Both the position numbers and the translations under genes were made by a program. A DNA stretch of 64,000 nucleotides from Sedimentisphaerales bacterium (lineage in GTDB: Bacteria > Planctomycetota > Phycisphaerae > Sedimentisphaerales > SM23-30), in the NCBI GenBank assembly GCA_963666285.1, contig OY762711.1, one strand, 5' to 3'. Positions 55,001 to 64,000 of this stretch are shown piece after piece (the stretch's first letter is position 1; the number at the start of each line of letters is the position of its first letter). The notes under the pieces are model-generated. The model was not told where the DNA came from, did not search any database, and worked only from the letters and a program-made list of their open reading frames with translations.

Positions 55001-56264
55001 GTTTACCGGCCCGATCCATCTTGCCGGCAATATAGACCTGCATCTTGCGGAAGGTGCCGAGATAATTTTTAGTGACCGGTGTGAGGATTATCTGCCGGTT
55101 GTTCTTGTCAGGGGCGGCGGTGTTGAGTTTTATAATTATTCACCGCTTATTTATGCCCGAGATTGTGAAAATATTGCGATAACAGGTACCGGGAAACTTA
55201 ACGGTAATGCCAAAGCCTGGTGGACTATGAAAGGAAAGGAAACCGGCAAGTTTTTTGAGATGGCTGCCAAAGGTATTCCAGTTGAACAGCGGGTATTTGG
55301 AACAAGAGAAGATGCAATCCGTCCGAGCTTTTTATGTTTGTTTAATTGTAAGAATATACTGCTGGAAGATTTTACGATCGGCAGCGGGCCAAACTGGACG
55401 GTACACCCGATATACTGCGAAAATGTGATTATTCGCAAAGTTAAGGTAATTACAGACGGGCCGAATAATGATGGTATTGACCCGGATTCCTGCAGGAATG
55501 TCTTGATCGAGCATTGTCTGTTTGATACCGGTGATGATTGTGTGGTGCTTAAATCAGGCTATAACGAAGATGGATGGCGGGTTGGCAGGCCGACCGAAAA
55601 TGTGGTTATGAGGTATTGTGCCAGTAAACGCGGTCACGGCGGTCTGGTAATCGGCAGTGAGATGTCGGGTGATGTACGTAATGTATTTATGCACGATTGT
55701 GAATTTGAAGGTACTGACAGGGCTGTGCGTATAAAGTCAAAGCGAGGCCGGGGAGGGGTGGTTGAAAATGTATGGGCACGTGACTTGAAGCTGAAGAATA
55801 TGCAGCGGGAGGCTGTTATTTTGAATATGGTATACGGTTCAGACAGAAACAAGGTTTCAAATGAAAAGGCACCAACGTTCAGAAATATCCATATAAGTAA
55901 TCTGACCTGTGAAGGAGCTCCTGCTGCGATCCAGATGCGTGCATTGGATGATTCGCCGATTGAAAATGTTACTCTTGAAAATGTTAGTATTATCTCAACA
56001 AAAGGGGTAATATGTGAAAATATAAAAAATGTGGTTTTTGACCATGTTAGTGTAGTACCTGCCAAAGGACCGGTTTACCAGTTGTACAATGGTTCTAATC
56101 TGCTGATAAGTAATAATTCTATTGCAGATGGAACAAAGGTATTTCTGGAGGTTTCAGGTGACAAGACTTCTGATATTGTAATAAGAGATACGAATCTGTC
56201 AAAAGCTGTTCAGGCTGTTGCTGCAAAAGACGGGGCCGAAATTACGGCTGTAAAATTTGAATAA
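52071..56264 (+). CDS. Four-domain pectinase: alpha/beta-hydrolase esterase + CE8 pectin methylesterase + GH43-like propeller + GH28
   Basis: Esterase 'HGGGW', 'GYSAGGHL', 'HGTED'; CE8 'GQAVAL...GWQDTL...DFIFG...LGRPW'; GH28 'NNDGIDPDS...TGDDC...GHGG...RIKS'; signal peptide. Confidence 0.92.
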   Translation: MIRGRNSLFSLFGMISLAFFFSVINCNLIAAVPAGITNDIEYGSAGGQKLLLDAFVPVEGDNHPIVIMIHGGGWVGGDKQDMSLLYHSLIESDFTWFSINYRLAPEHRWPACLEDVQTAIKWVKANASDFKGNPDKIALVGYSAGGHLACLAATKESVQAVVGLAAPTDHLADSGRRGGASECMQKLLDCQKKIDSNVKKKLNDISPINYLSAELPPYLLIHGTEDRSVPYSQSINFQAGLKKLNVPCDLMTIEGAPHRISEWNKYYGKDFRPEFVSWLKKTLDSGKVTSGDLESQTITVSQDGNGDFKTVQAAVDSVTDFSKNKTVIKIRPGNYKERIVIPRSKCFIHFVGEDAKKTILTYDLYAGIKGADGKEIGTFRTPSVTIEADDIVMENITIENSAGDVGQAVALAVLGDRIVFRNCRLLGWQDTLLDQAGRHYYENCYIAGHCDFIFGGGTAFFEKCHIHCISASYITAASTPQYQKYGYIFSNCRITGEPEKAKVYLGRPWRDYAYVAYLNCEMEDMIRPQGWHNWGKPNREKTSRYYEYNNSGPGANQDKRVSWLKVLTDEQAEQLTPENVLSGTDSWNPLTGISQPSVELSRTQGEARELVEKVKKNKNVYLAVNNSSENSDGLYLTYSYDGFKWEALGAPLITVQPGDRKKMLNAGLLRDKDGTFHLIWQAGERPETGFGYAWSKDLKNWSEQKYINLMSEHKAYDLINPHIYYDTNLSKYIITWASTLPGNYYQAYQEDADNNPRLWFTVTDDFETFAPAKNFIEPGYRIDDAIIVKDDNQYVLVHEDSRKRYRTLRFAFSDSPFKPWQRFTGGLTFDSVSSPVVLEEDDIHVVYYKNDNDGYNALITEDFRHCTDISDEISIPTEVKLGDIVKVDLAALQGLMKYAERATGENSIVTREEIEPIRAPFPMPELKRPEIPGTIFDIREYGAVNDGKTYNTKAFAAAIKDCVEAGGGRVLVPSGKWFTGPIHLAGNIDLHLAEGAEIIFSDRCEDYLPVVLVRGGGVEFYNYSPLIYARDCENIAITGTGKLNGNAKAWWTMKGKETGKFFEMAAKGIPVEQRVFGTREDAIRPSFLCLFNCKNILLEDFTIGSGPNWTVHPIYCENVIIRKVKVITDGPNNDGIDPDSCRNVLIEHCLFDTGDDCVVLKSGYNEDGWRVGRPTENVVMRYCASKRGHGGLVIGSEMSGDVRNVFMHDCEFEGTDRAVRIKSKRGRGGVVENVWARDLKLKNMQREAVILNMVYGSDRNKVSNEKAPTFRNIHISNLTCEGAPAAIQMRALDDSPIENVTLENVSIISTKGVICENIKNVVFDHVSVVPAKGPVYQLYNGSNLLISNNSIADGTKVFLEVSGDKTSDIVIRDTNLSKAVQAVAAKDGAEITAVKFE

Positions 56265-56277
56265 TAAAGGAATATGA

Positions 56278-58533
56278 ATGTTTGGCCTTGAGATAATTGA
56301 TATTATTGTAATTGTTCTTTATTTTGCGGTTATGATCGCGATTGGTTTCTGGTCATCCCGCCGGATAAATAACCAGGAAGATTATTTTCTTGCCGGGCGA
56401 CGTTTTGGCAAGCTGGTACAGACATTTGCTGCTTTTGGCCAGGCAACATCTTCGGATAATGCGGTAGGGGTAACAACAACAACATTCAATAATGGTATCG
56501 CAGGTATATGGAGTTCTATGCTCTATTTGTTTGCTACGCCATTGTACTGGCTTGTAACCCACTGGCCGCGGCGTATGCGTGTTCTCACGCTTGGCGACTA
56601 TTTTTCCGAGCGGTTTAACTCAGTCAAAATGGGAGCAGTATATTCGCTGATTGGCTCAGTTGGTATGATGGCCTTTATTGCCCTGGGTTTCAGTGCGATG
56701 ACCAAGACTATTCTTGTTATCACCCCCAAAGATGCGTCAAGCTATACGCAAAGTGAAATTGCCCGGTATAATAAGGCTTACGAGTCAGAGAAGATATCAC
56801 TTGAGGCCGCAGGAAATGCAGTTGATATACTGACATTTGAGCAGTTGCTGGAACGCCAGCAGATCAGGGGTATTGATGCTTCTGAACGAAGTGCCGACCA
56901 GACAGCCCGTCTGGCGGCTCTGGATGAGTTTAAGCCGGCAACTTTAATATCACATCTGTCCGAAAGTGTGCTGATCTGGTCTGTATGTGTAATTGTATTG
57001 TTGTACGCGGTTGTAGGCGGCCTGGAAGCGGCATTTCTCACCGATATGATACAGGGGGTATTTATTATTATCCTTTCGGTGATGCTTATCCCATTCAGCT
57101 GGGCAAAGATAAATGACCTTTACGGCGGCAGTTCGATAGTGGATGCCATGCATACGATACACCAGAAGCTGCCGGAATCATATTTTAAGATATTCGGTGC
57201 TCCGCAGACACCTGATTTTACCTGGTACTATGTGATTACCCTGTCATTTATGGCAGCTATTACCGTGGTAGTACAGCCAAACGGTGCAGTTCTGGCCGGT
57301 TCTGCCAAAGATGAGCTGTCGAACCGTTCCGGTGTGGTAATGGGAAATTTCCTGAAGCGGTTCTGTACTGTTTTCTGGGCGATATTCGGGCTGGGTGCAA
57401 TTGTGTTGTACAGCGGTAAAGTTATTCATTCCGATCTGGTCTGGGGTTATGCTACTCTTGATCTGCTTGGATCTTTGAATATTGGACTGGTAGGGCTGAT
57501 GATAGCCTGTCTGATGGCGGCCCTGATGTCGACGGTGGATTGTTATATGATAACCTGTGCGAGTCTGCTGACCCATAACTTCTATTATCCGCTTGTTTCA
57601 AATCGCAGTCAGAAGCATTATGTCTGGGCAGGTCGGTTTTTTGGAGCATTGGTAGTGCTTGGCGGTGCGTGGGTGGCATTGCAGTTTGACACAATTCTGC
57701 AGATATTGAAATTTATCTGGGAAATCAATGTAATGCTGGCCCCGGCATACTGGCTTGGTATCAAATGGCGCAGGGCGAATCGTATTGGAGCCTGGATGTC
57801 GATTGGCATTGGTGCATTGCTGTTTCTGATCATACCGGTAATGGCACCGGTAATTAGTACGCAGATGCGTTACCAGGAATCTCTGCTGAGGACTACCCAG
57901 CCGGCACCGAGAGTTGTTGTAGAAACCGCAAGCGAATTTGATGTTCGGCAGAGAAATGAAGAAATATTACGCTGGGAAAACCTGGATAAACAAGGTAAGG
58001 CAGCTGAAGCCAAACCGGCTGTACTCAATATTGGAGATGAATTTGAGCAGGAATATACATTTTCAAGTAGAAGTATTTTCTGGACTCAGGGTATCAAAGC
58101 AGATGCTGACGGTAAATTATACGGTAAAGGCCGGTTCAATATAGAACTGTGGATAATGGAAAAGTGTGGCTGTAACCTGCAGACCAATCCATATGCCCTG
58201 AATGAGACCTTGCGTATATTATTCCGTACACTGCTGCCGTTTGTAATACTGATTGTTACGTCGCTGCTGACAAAACCTGACCCGGAGGGTACCTTGGATA
58301 ACTTCTATGCAAAGATGCGGACAAAAGTTAATCCTGACCCTGAAATAGATGCCCGTGAAGTTGAACTATCGGTGCAGAATCCGGCCCGTTATAATAATTT
58401 ACTGCTGCTGCCGAAAACGCAGTTTGAATTGTATAAGTGGAACAGGCAGGACTGGATAGGTTTTATCCTGTCAGTTGCAGGTGTCGGACTTGTACTATTG
58501 TTTATATGGATAGTTGTGGTGGTTGGAAGCTGA
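56278..58533 (+). CDS. Sodium:solute symporter family transporter
   Basis: 'EDYFLAGRRFG', 'TLGDYFSERF', 'YAVVGGLEAAFLTDMIQG', 'GLMIACLMAALMSTVD'; many TM helices. Confidence 0.92.
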   Translation: MFGLEIIDIIVIVLYFAVMIAIGFWSSRRINNQEDYFLAGRRFGKLVQTFAAFGQATSSDNAVGVTTTTFNNGIAGIWSSMLYLFATPLYWLVTHWPRRMRVLTLGDYFSERFNSVKMGAVYSLIGSVGMMAFIALGFSAMTKTILVITPKDASSYTQSEIARYNKAYESEKISLEAAGNAVDILTFEQLLERQQIRGIDASERSADQTARLAALDEFKPATLISHLSESVLIWSVCVIVLLYAVVGGLEAAFLTDMIQGVFIIILSVMLIPFSWAKINDLYGGSSIVDAMHTIHQKLPESYFKIFGAPQTPDFTWYYVITLSFMAAITVVVQPNGAVLAGSAKDELSNRSGVVMGNFLKRFCTVFWAIFGLGAIVLYSGKVIHSDLVWGYATLDLLGSLNIGLVGLMIACLMAALMSTVDCYMITCASLLTHNFYYPLVSNRSQKHYVWAGRFFGALVVLGGAWVALQFDTILQILKFIWEINVMLAPAYWLGIKWRRANRIGAWMSIGIGALLFLIIPVMAPVISTQMRYQESLLRTTQPAPRVVVETASEFDVRQRNEEILRWENLDKQGKAAEAKPAVLNIGDEFEQEYTFSSRSIFWTQGIKADADGKLYGKGRFNIELWIMEKCGCNLQTNPYALNETLRILFRTLLPFVILIVTSLLTKPDPEGTLDNFYAKMRTKVNPDPEIDAREVELSVQNPARYNNLLLLPKTQFELYKWNRQDWIGFILSVAGVGLVLLFIWIVVVVGS

Positions 58534-58569
58534 AAGAGCAAATATTATTTTTGAGAAAGGTATATTAGT

Positions 58570-61032
58570 ATGTTTAGATTAAAGAACTGGTTCATATTCT
58601 GTTTTGTGTGCATGGTTGGCTGGAGTTCTATTGTTTATGCCCAGATTACAGACGAGCAGGGCTGGAAGATGATGCCGCAGATACTGCAAAATATTCAACC
58701 GCCGGTATTTCCAGGCAAAGACTTCGTTATTACAAAATATGGTGCTCGGGGCAATGCTGATTATGATTGTACTGAAGCTTTCAGGAAAGCTATTGACGCC
58801 TGTAGCAGTGCCGGAGGTGGCAGGGTGGTAGTACCGGCAGGTACGTATCTGACCGGTGCCATTCATTTGAAGAGCAATGTCAATCTGTACCTTGAAAAAG
58901 ACTCGGTTATCAGCTTTTTTACCAATACCGATGATTATCCGATGGTTTATACCCGTTTTGAAGGTACTGAATGTATGAACTTTTCCCCGCTGGTATACGC
59001 GTTTGAACAGGAAAATATTGCGATTACCGGTAAAGGTACCCTGGATGGTAACGGCAGCAACTCTAACTGGTGGCGCTGGCAGTGGACCCAGAAGCAGGAT
59101 GTAATTTCGCTTTGTAAGCAGGGTGATGATAATGTACCGGTAAAAGACAGGATATTTGGCAAAGGTCATAAACTTCGACCGAATATGATCCAGCCATACC
59201 GCTGTAAGAATATTTTGATCGAAGGTGTTACAATCAAAAACAGCCCAATGTGGCATATTCATCCTGTTTTGAGTGAAAATATTACAGTTCGAAAAGTCAC
59301 AGTTGTCGGACATGGCCCAAATAATGACGGTTGTAATCCTGAATGTTGTAAAAATGTGCTTATCGAGGATTGCCATTTTGATACCGGAGATGACTGTATA
59401 GCAATCAAATCGGGAAGAAATAACGATGGCCGCAGGGTCAATGTTGCCAGTGAAAATATTATTGTCAGGGGCTGTGTAATGAAAGACGGTCATGGCGGTG
59501 TTGTAATTGGCAGTGAGATTTCAGGCAGTGCCCGTAACATTTTTGCCGAAGACTGTATTATGGACAGCCCGAACCTGGATCGCGGCCTGCGTATAAAGAC
59601 TAATTCCGTTCGCGGCGGAGTTGTAGAAAATGTTTTTATGCGAAATGTGGTAATGAAGCAGGTAAGAGAAGCGGCTTTAAAGATTAATTTCCATTACCAG
59701 GAAGGTGATAACGGAGATTTTCCACCTAAGGTTCGTAATATTTTCATGACCAACGTTCATTGCTATAAGAGCAAGTATCCCTGGCATATCCGTGGATACG
59801 ATCATAACCCAATTGAAAATGTCGTTTTAACTGGCTGTACCTTTGAGAATACTGAAAAAGAAGGTCTTACTGAAGGGATCAAAGGCTTAAAGATTATACC
59901 GAAGAAAGAGTTCAGTATCTATGACGATTGGGCCGAAAAAATGACCTATACGGTCATGAAAAGAAATGCCGATCTCAAGACTGTCGATTTTGGTACCAGC
60001 CTCAAGTGGAGTTATACCTATGGACTGGTATATAAGGCGATGTGGCATGTCTGGGAGAAAACCGGCGATCCAAAAATACTTGCCTATATCGAAAGCTATT
60101 ATGACACGATGATCGAAGATGATGGCACTATCAAGACTTATGATATTAAAAAGTACAATATTGATATGATCAATGCCGGTAAAGCCCTGATTTATCTATA
60201 CGATGAAACAAAGAAGGAAAAATATCTAAAAGCTATCAATACTCTCCGCGAACAGATGAAGCATCATCCGCGTACCAGTGATGGCGGTTTCTGGCATAAG
60301 AAGAGATATCCGCACCAGATGTGGCTGGACGGATTGTATATGGGGTCGCCGTTTCTGGCCCAGTATGCGAAACGTTTTGATGAGCCGCGGCTGTTTAACG
60401 ATGTAGCCAACCAGATTATTCTTATGGAACAGCATGCACGTGACCCTAAGACGGGATTGCTTTATCATGCCTGGGATGAGAGTCGTGAACAGAAATGGTC
60501 TAATCCGGAAACCGGTCAGGCTCCTCATTTCTGGGGGCGTGCTATGGGCTGGTATGCAATGGCTGTTGTTGATGTTCTTGATGATTTGCCTCAGAATCAT
60601 CCCAAACGCGGCGAGATTATAGCAATACTGGATCGCATGTTTACCGCACTGGCTAAAGTGCAGGATAGTAATACTGGTCTCTGGTACCAGGTATTGGACC
60701 AGGGCGACCGAAAAGGTAATTACCTGGAAGCGACAGCATCCAGTATGTTTGTTTATTCAATGGCCAAGGCGGTTCGTATGGGCTATGTAGATAAGAAGTT
60801 CCTTGATGTTGCCGAAAAAGGGTATAAGGGGATTCTCAATGAGTTGGTTTCCATTGACGAAAATGGCTATGTCGATCTGCATCAGTGTTGTGCAGTTGCC
60901 GGTTTAGGTGGTAATCCGTATAGAGATGGTTCTTTCGAATACTATATTGGCGAAAAAGTGCGTAAAAATGATCCGAAAGGTGTAGGCCCGTTTATTTTAG
61001 CAGGTCTTGAGTTTGAAAGGCTAGCCAGGTAA
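58570..61032 (+). CDS. GH28 polygalacturonase fused to GH105 unsaturated rhamnogalacturonyl hydrolase
   Basis: GH28 'NNDGCNPE...TGDDCIAIKSG...GHGG...RIKT'; GH105 'WSYTYG', 'GGFWHKKRYPHQMWLDGLYM', 'FWGRAMGW'. Confidence 0.93.
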   Translation: MFRLKNWFIFCFVCMVGWSSIVYAQITDEQGWKMMPQILQNIQPPVFPGKDFVITKYGARGNADYDCTEAFRKAIDACSSAGGGRVVVPAGTYLTGAIHLKSNVNLYLEKDSVISFFTNTDDYPMVYTRFEGTECMNFSPLVYAFEQENIAITGKGTLDGNGSNSNWWRWQWTQKQDVISLCKQGDDNVPVKDRIFGKGHKLRPNMIQPYRCKNILIEGVTIKNSPMWHIHPVLSENITVRKVTVVGHGPNNDGCNPECCKNVLIEDCHFDTGDDCIAIKSGRNNDGRRVNVASENIIVRGCVMKDGHGGVVIGSEISGSARNIFAEDCIMDSPNLDRGLRIKTNSVRGGVVENVFMRNVVMKQVREAALKINFHYQEGDNGDFPPKVRNIFMTNVHCYKSKYPWHIRGYDHNPIENVVLTGCTFENTEKEGLTEGIKGLKIIPKKEFSIYDDWAEKMTYTVMKRNADLKTVDFGTSLKWSYTYGLVYKAMWHVWEKTGDPKILAYIESYYDTMIEDDGTIKTYDIKKYNIDMINAGKALIYLYDETKKEKYLKAINTLREQMKHHPRTSDGGFWHKKRYPHQMWLDGLYMGSPFLAQYAKRFDEPRLFNDVANQIILMEQHARDPKTGLLYHAWDESREQKWSNPETGQAPHFWGRAMGWYAMAVVDVLDDLPQNHPKRGEIIAILDRMFTALAKVQDSNTGLWYQVLDQGDRKGNYLEATASSMFVYSMAKAVRMGYVDKKFLDVAEKGYKGILNELVSIDENGYVDLHQCCAVAGLGGNPYRDGSFEYYIGEKVRKNDPKGVGPFILAGLEFERLAR

Positions 61033-64000
61033 TGAATTTGTGCAGCATTCGATTAAAAGTTCAGTATCTTGCATTATTAATTTTGATGCCGGGGTTCTTT
61101 TCAGGTGTGAAAGCTTATAATCCTCCTGAAAGGATTATGGTTAACTGCCCGACTTTTGAAGGCCAGACCGGGCGGGAACTTAGGTATCAGCCGGATGGTA
61201 CTGACTTTGTGATCGTAAACGGTAAAGAATCGTTTAACCGTCCTCTTTATGGCGGAAACTCTGCCCTGAGGGTAGATGCCGGCGATGTGCCGGAGTTTTC
61301 CTTTTATATGCCGCGTCATGGCGGAAATGTCCGTTTTGGTGTGAAGGGAGATAATGGCATAAAATGGCTGCTGAATGCCGATAATATTGTCAGCCGCTAT
61401 CGTCCCGGATCGATGGTGTATGAAATTACTGATCCTGTTTTGGGCGACAGCAGGCTCATCCTGACGGTAATCAGCTTATATGAAACTGAAGGGCTGGTTG
61501 CAAAAGCCGAAATAGATGGCGATATTACAGTCGAACTTGTTACTGCTTATGGCGGTATTGGAGGACGTAAAGGTAAACGCAGTGGTGATATCGGCTGTGA
61601 AAGTGAACCGGTAAGTGAGTTTTTCCGGCTGAAACCTCAATATTGTAAAGATAATAAAATTGAAATCTTTAACCAGAAAAGCTTTTTGATTGATAGCAAG
61701 TTTGCCAGATTTTACGGAGCTTTTTCCAGTAAAACAGATATCAGAATAGTTGATTCCAGGTGCTGGTCAAATCTTTCTGATCTGCTGGATTCAGCTGGTG
61801 AAGAACTGGAGTTACCGCTGGTTCTCGGTAGTACAAGCTTATCAGCTGATAGGCCTGTCATTTTTGCCTTGCAGAGGAATGAACGGTTAGATACTGAGGT
61901 TTTGGATCAATTATTTTCAAGCAGTGATTTTAGCCGTAAGGAAATAGCTGACAGGGTAATTGTAGAGACACCGGATGATTATATCAATGCTGCTTCGAAG
62001 GCTTTGTGTATCGCAGCGGATGCTATCTGGGACGGAGATATTGGTTCGGTGCTGCATGGCGCTGTTGCCTGGCGGAGCAAGTATCTCGGTTGGCGCGGGC
62101 CATATGCCAATGATGTTTTGGGCTGGCACGATAGAGCTGAAACTCATCTGAAATACTGGTCGTCCAAACAAAATACAAAGCCGGTACCTGAAAAGATCCT
62201 GCCCGCTGATCCAACCGCTCACCTGGCTAGAAATGAACCGTCATTACATAGTAACGGCGATATGTCTGGTAAGCATTATGATATGAACCTGGTTTATATT
62301 GATGCATTGATCAGACATATACTCTGGACCGGTGATTTGCAGTTGGCTGAGCAGTTGTGGCCCGTTATTGAACGGCATATGGCATGGGAAAGACGTTTGT
62401 TCAGGAGGACTTATAGTGATGATGAACTGCCGTTATACGAGGCCTATGCGGCAATATGGGCCAGTGACGATATGCAGTATCATGGCGGGGGAGTTACCTA
62501 TACTTCGTCGTATAACTACTATCACAACCTGATGGCAGCTTGCTTGGCGGAAAAACTGGGTAAGGATCCATCGTCCTACCGGCAGGAAGCGGAATTAATT
62601 ATCCGGGGCATGAGAAAATATCTCTGGCTTTCAGAAAAGGGCTGGTATGGCGAATGGAAAGACCTGCTCGGTCTGCAGGAGGTTCATCCGGCAGCCGGTT
62701 TGTGGAGCTTTTACCATACCCTTGACTCAGAAGCAGTCTCGTCAATGGAAGCATGGCAGATGTCGCGGTATGTCGATACCGGTATTGCCCATATACCCGT
62801 TCATGGCGGTAGCATTCCGGAAGGTAAATATCATACTATGCCTACTTCGAACTGGATGCCTTATACCTGGTCAACTAATAATGTCGTTACCGCGGAGGTG
62901 GCTCATACTGCACTGGCATACTGGCAGGCAAATCGACCTGAAAAAGCGTTTTCCTTGTTAAAGGGGGCAATTCTTGACAATATGTTTATGGGGATTTGCC
63001 CGGGTAATGCAGGCATGACTACCTATTTTGATATGGCACGCGGTGAGTCCCAGAGGGATTTTGGTGATGGTGTCGGCTGTCTTTCACGGGCTATTGTTGA
63101 AGGCTTGTTTGGTATTAAACCGGACATGTTGTCTGGTGAATTGACAATAGCTCCCGGGTTCCCGATTGAGTGGAAGCATGCTAAAATCGATCACCCTGAT
63201 ATCTTTTTCGAGTACCAGGCCAGCGGAAATTCTGACAGATATTCTATCAAGTCGAGGTTTCCTGTATCTCAATCTCTCAGGCTCCGGGTACGTGCCCGCG
63301 GAACCGATATAGAAACTGTTACAGTCAATGGCAGTCCGGCGGATTGGACTGTCGTTAAGGATTCGATAGGTTGTTGTTATATAGAAATAGAAAGCAGACC
63401 GGCTAAGGATTTCGATATTAAAATTACCTGGAAAGGTAATGCACCTGATAAATCTTTGCCGCTGCAAATCGCAAATAATGGTAATGATATAAAACTAAGG
63501 TTTCAGGATGCTTCTATAATTGAAGTGTCTGACCCTCAGGGTGTATTGGATAATATCGAAACTAAAGCAGATTCAATGACAGCTCAAGTGAATGGTGAAT
63601 TGGGTTTCAGAACTGTATTTGCCAGGCTTCAGCAAGGCAATATGAAATGGTGGCAGCCGATTGAGTTTGAGATAAAAACACCTTACGAAATTGTTCCGCT
63701 TACCGAACAGAAAAATGATTCTCTAAGCTTCAGAATACAGAATAATACCGGTCAGGCTGTAGCCGGCAAAGCGATAGTCCGAATCGGTCATATATCAAAG
63801 AATATTGCAATAGATATTCCTGGTTTTACAATATCCGATACAATTGTTCTTTCTGGAAAAGACTTTTTATTGATACCGGGCACTAACAGTATTTCTATTG
63901 ATATTGGCAAGGATGTTTGTATATCCGGAAATGTTACCAACTGGCATATCACTAACTCAGAAATTATTACTGATTCAGAGCCTGTAGATCTTGGCTGTTT
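61032..64000 (+). CDS. DUF4450-like secreted protein (runs off the window end; absent from the ORF track)
   Basis: ATG overlaps the preceding TAA (TAATG); signal peptide MNLCSIRLKVQYLALLILMPGFFSGVKA; 'LRYQPDGTDFVIVNGKESFNRPLYGGN...DAGDVPEF', 'HGAVAWR...GWRGPY', 'HYDMNLVYID'. Confidence 0.75.
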   Translation, partial: MNLCSIRLKVQYLALLILMPGFFSGVKAYNPPERIMVNCPTFEGQTGRELRYQPDGTDFVIVNGKESFNRPLYGGNSALRVDAGDVPEFSFYMPRHGGNVRFGVKGDNGIKWLLNADNIVSRYRPGSMVYEITDPVLGDSRLILTVISLYETEGLVAKAEIDGDITVELVTAYGGIGGRKGKRSGDIGCESEPVSEFFRLKPQYCKDNKIEIFNQKSFLIDSKFARFYGAFSSKTDIRIVDSRCWSNLSDLLDSAGEELELPLVLGSTSLSADRPVIFALQRNERLDTEVLDQLFSSSDFSRKEIADRVIVETPDDYINAASKALCIAADAIWDGDIGSVLHGAVAWRSKYLGWRGPYANDVLGWHDRAETHLKYWSSKQNTKPVPEKILPADPTAHLARNEPSLHSNGDMSGKHYDMNLVYIDALIRHILWTGDLQLAEQLWPVIERHMAWERRLFRRTYSDDELPLYEAYAAIWASDDMQYHGGGVTYTSSYNYYHNLMAACLAEKLGKDPSSYRQEAELIIRGMRKYLWLSEKGWYGEWKDLLGLQEVHPAAGLWSFYHTLDSEAVSSMEAWQMSRYVDTGIAHIPVHGGSIPEGKYHTMPTSNWMPYTWSTNNVVTAEVAHTALAYWQANRPEKAFSLLKGAILDNMFMGICPGNAGMTTYFDMARGESQRDFGDGVGCLSRAIVEGLFGIKPDMLSGELTIAPGFPIEWKHAKIDHPDIFFEYQASGNSDRYSIKSRFPVSQSLRLRVRARGTDIETVTVNGSPADWTVVKDSIGCCYIEIESRPAKDFDIKITWKGNAPDKSLPLQIANNGNDIKLRFQDASIIEVSDPQGVLDNIETKADSMTAQVNGELGFRTVFARLQQGNMKWWQPIEFEIKTPYEIVPLTEQKNDSLSFRIQNNTGQAVAGKAIVRIGHISKNIAIDIPGFTISDTIVLSGKDFLLIPGTNSISIDIGKDVCISGNVTNWHITNSEIITDSEPVDLGC

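Noticed and set aside
58579..59493. 304-aa antisense ORF, and the many shorter nested ORFs across the window
   Set aside because: They are shadows of well-supported genes on the opposite strand or in another frame, with no motifs of their own.

Overview
The window has four parts. (1) 1-8239 is the right end of an AT-rich, strongly CpG-poor siphovirus-like prophage. It encodes a tail tube C-terminus, a frameshifted G/GT tail chaperone pair, a tape measure protein, a Ser-repeat protein coupled to a CstII/Maf-like glycosyltransferase, a holin-like protein plus a papain-family peptidase, and a tyrosine integrase. It ends in a 3'-half tRNA-Arg(ACG) att site. (2) 8771-19832 is a VTC-domain / DUF4956 / HlyD-like / TolC-like operon followed by a 2109-aa secreted CotH-kinase/lamin-tail protein. 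This is the best candidate for an uncharacterised system (hypothesis: polyphosphate synthesis and export feeding extracellular phosphorylation). (3) 20125-48172 holds two copies of a five-gene module (ECF sigma, FecR/NPCBM anti-sigma, LamG/dockerin-like protein, PEP-CTERM protein, modular glycoside hydrolase GH115 or GH127). Between them lie a promoter-led 1.9-kb non-coding mosaic of mini-hairpins and 7/10-bp periodic repeats, two GH78 rhamnosidases and a GH2 relic. (4) 48274-64000 is a pectin locus (GH43, XylR-type regulator, esterase-CE8-GH43-like-GH28 fusion, sodium:solute symporter, GH28-GH105 fusion, DUF4450-like protein). Gene content suggests a polysaccharide-degrading planctomycete, probably Phycisphaerae/Sedimentisphaerales (inference). 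All family assignments come from motif recognition by eye; no database searches were run.
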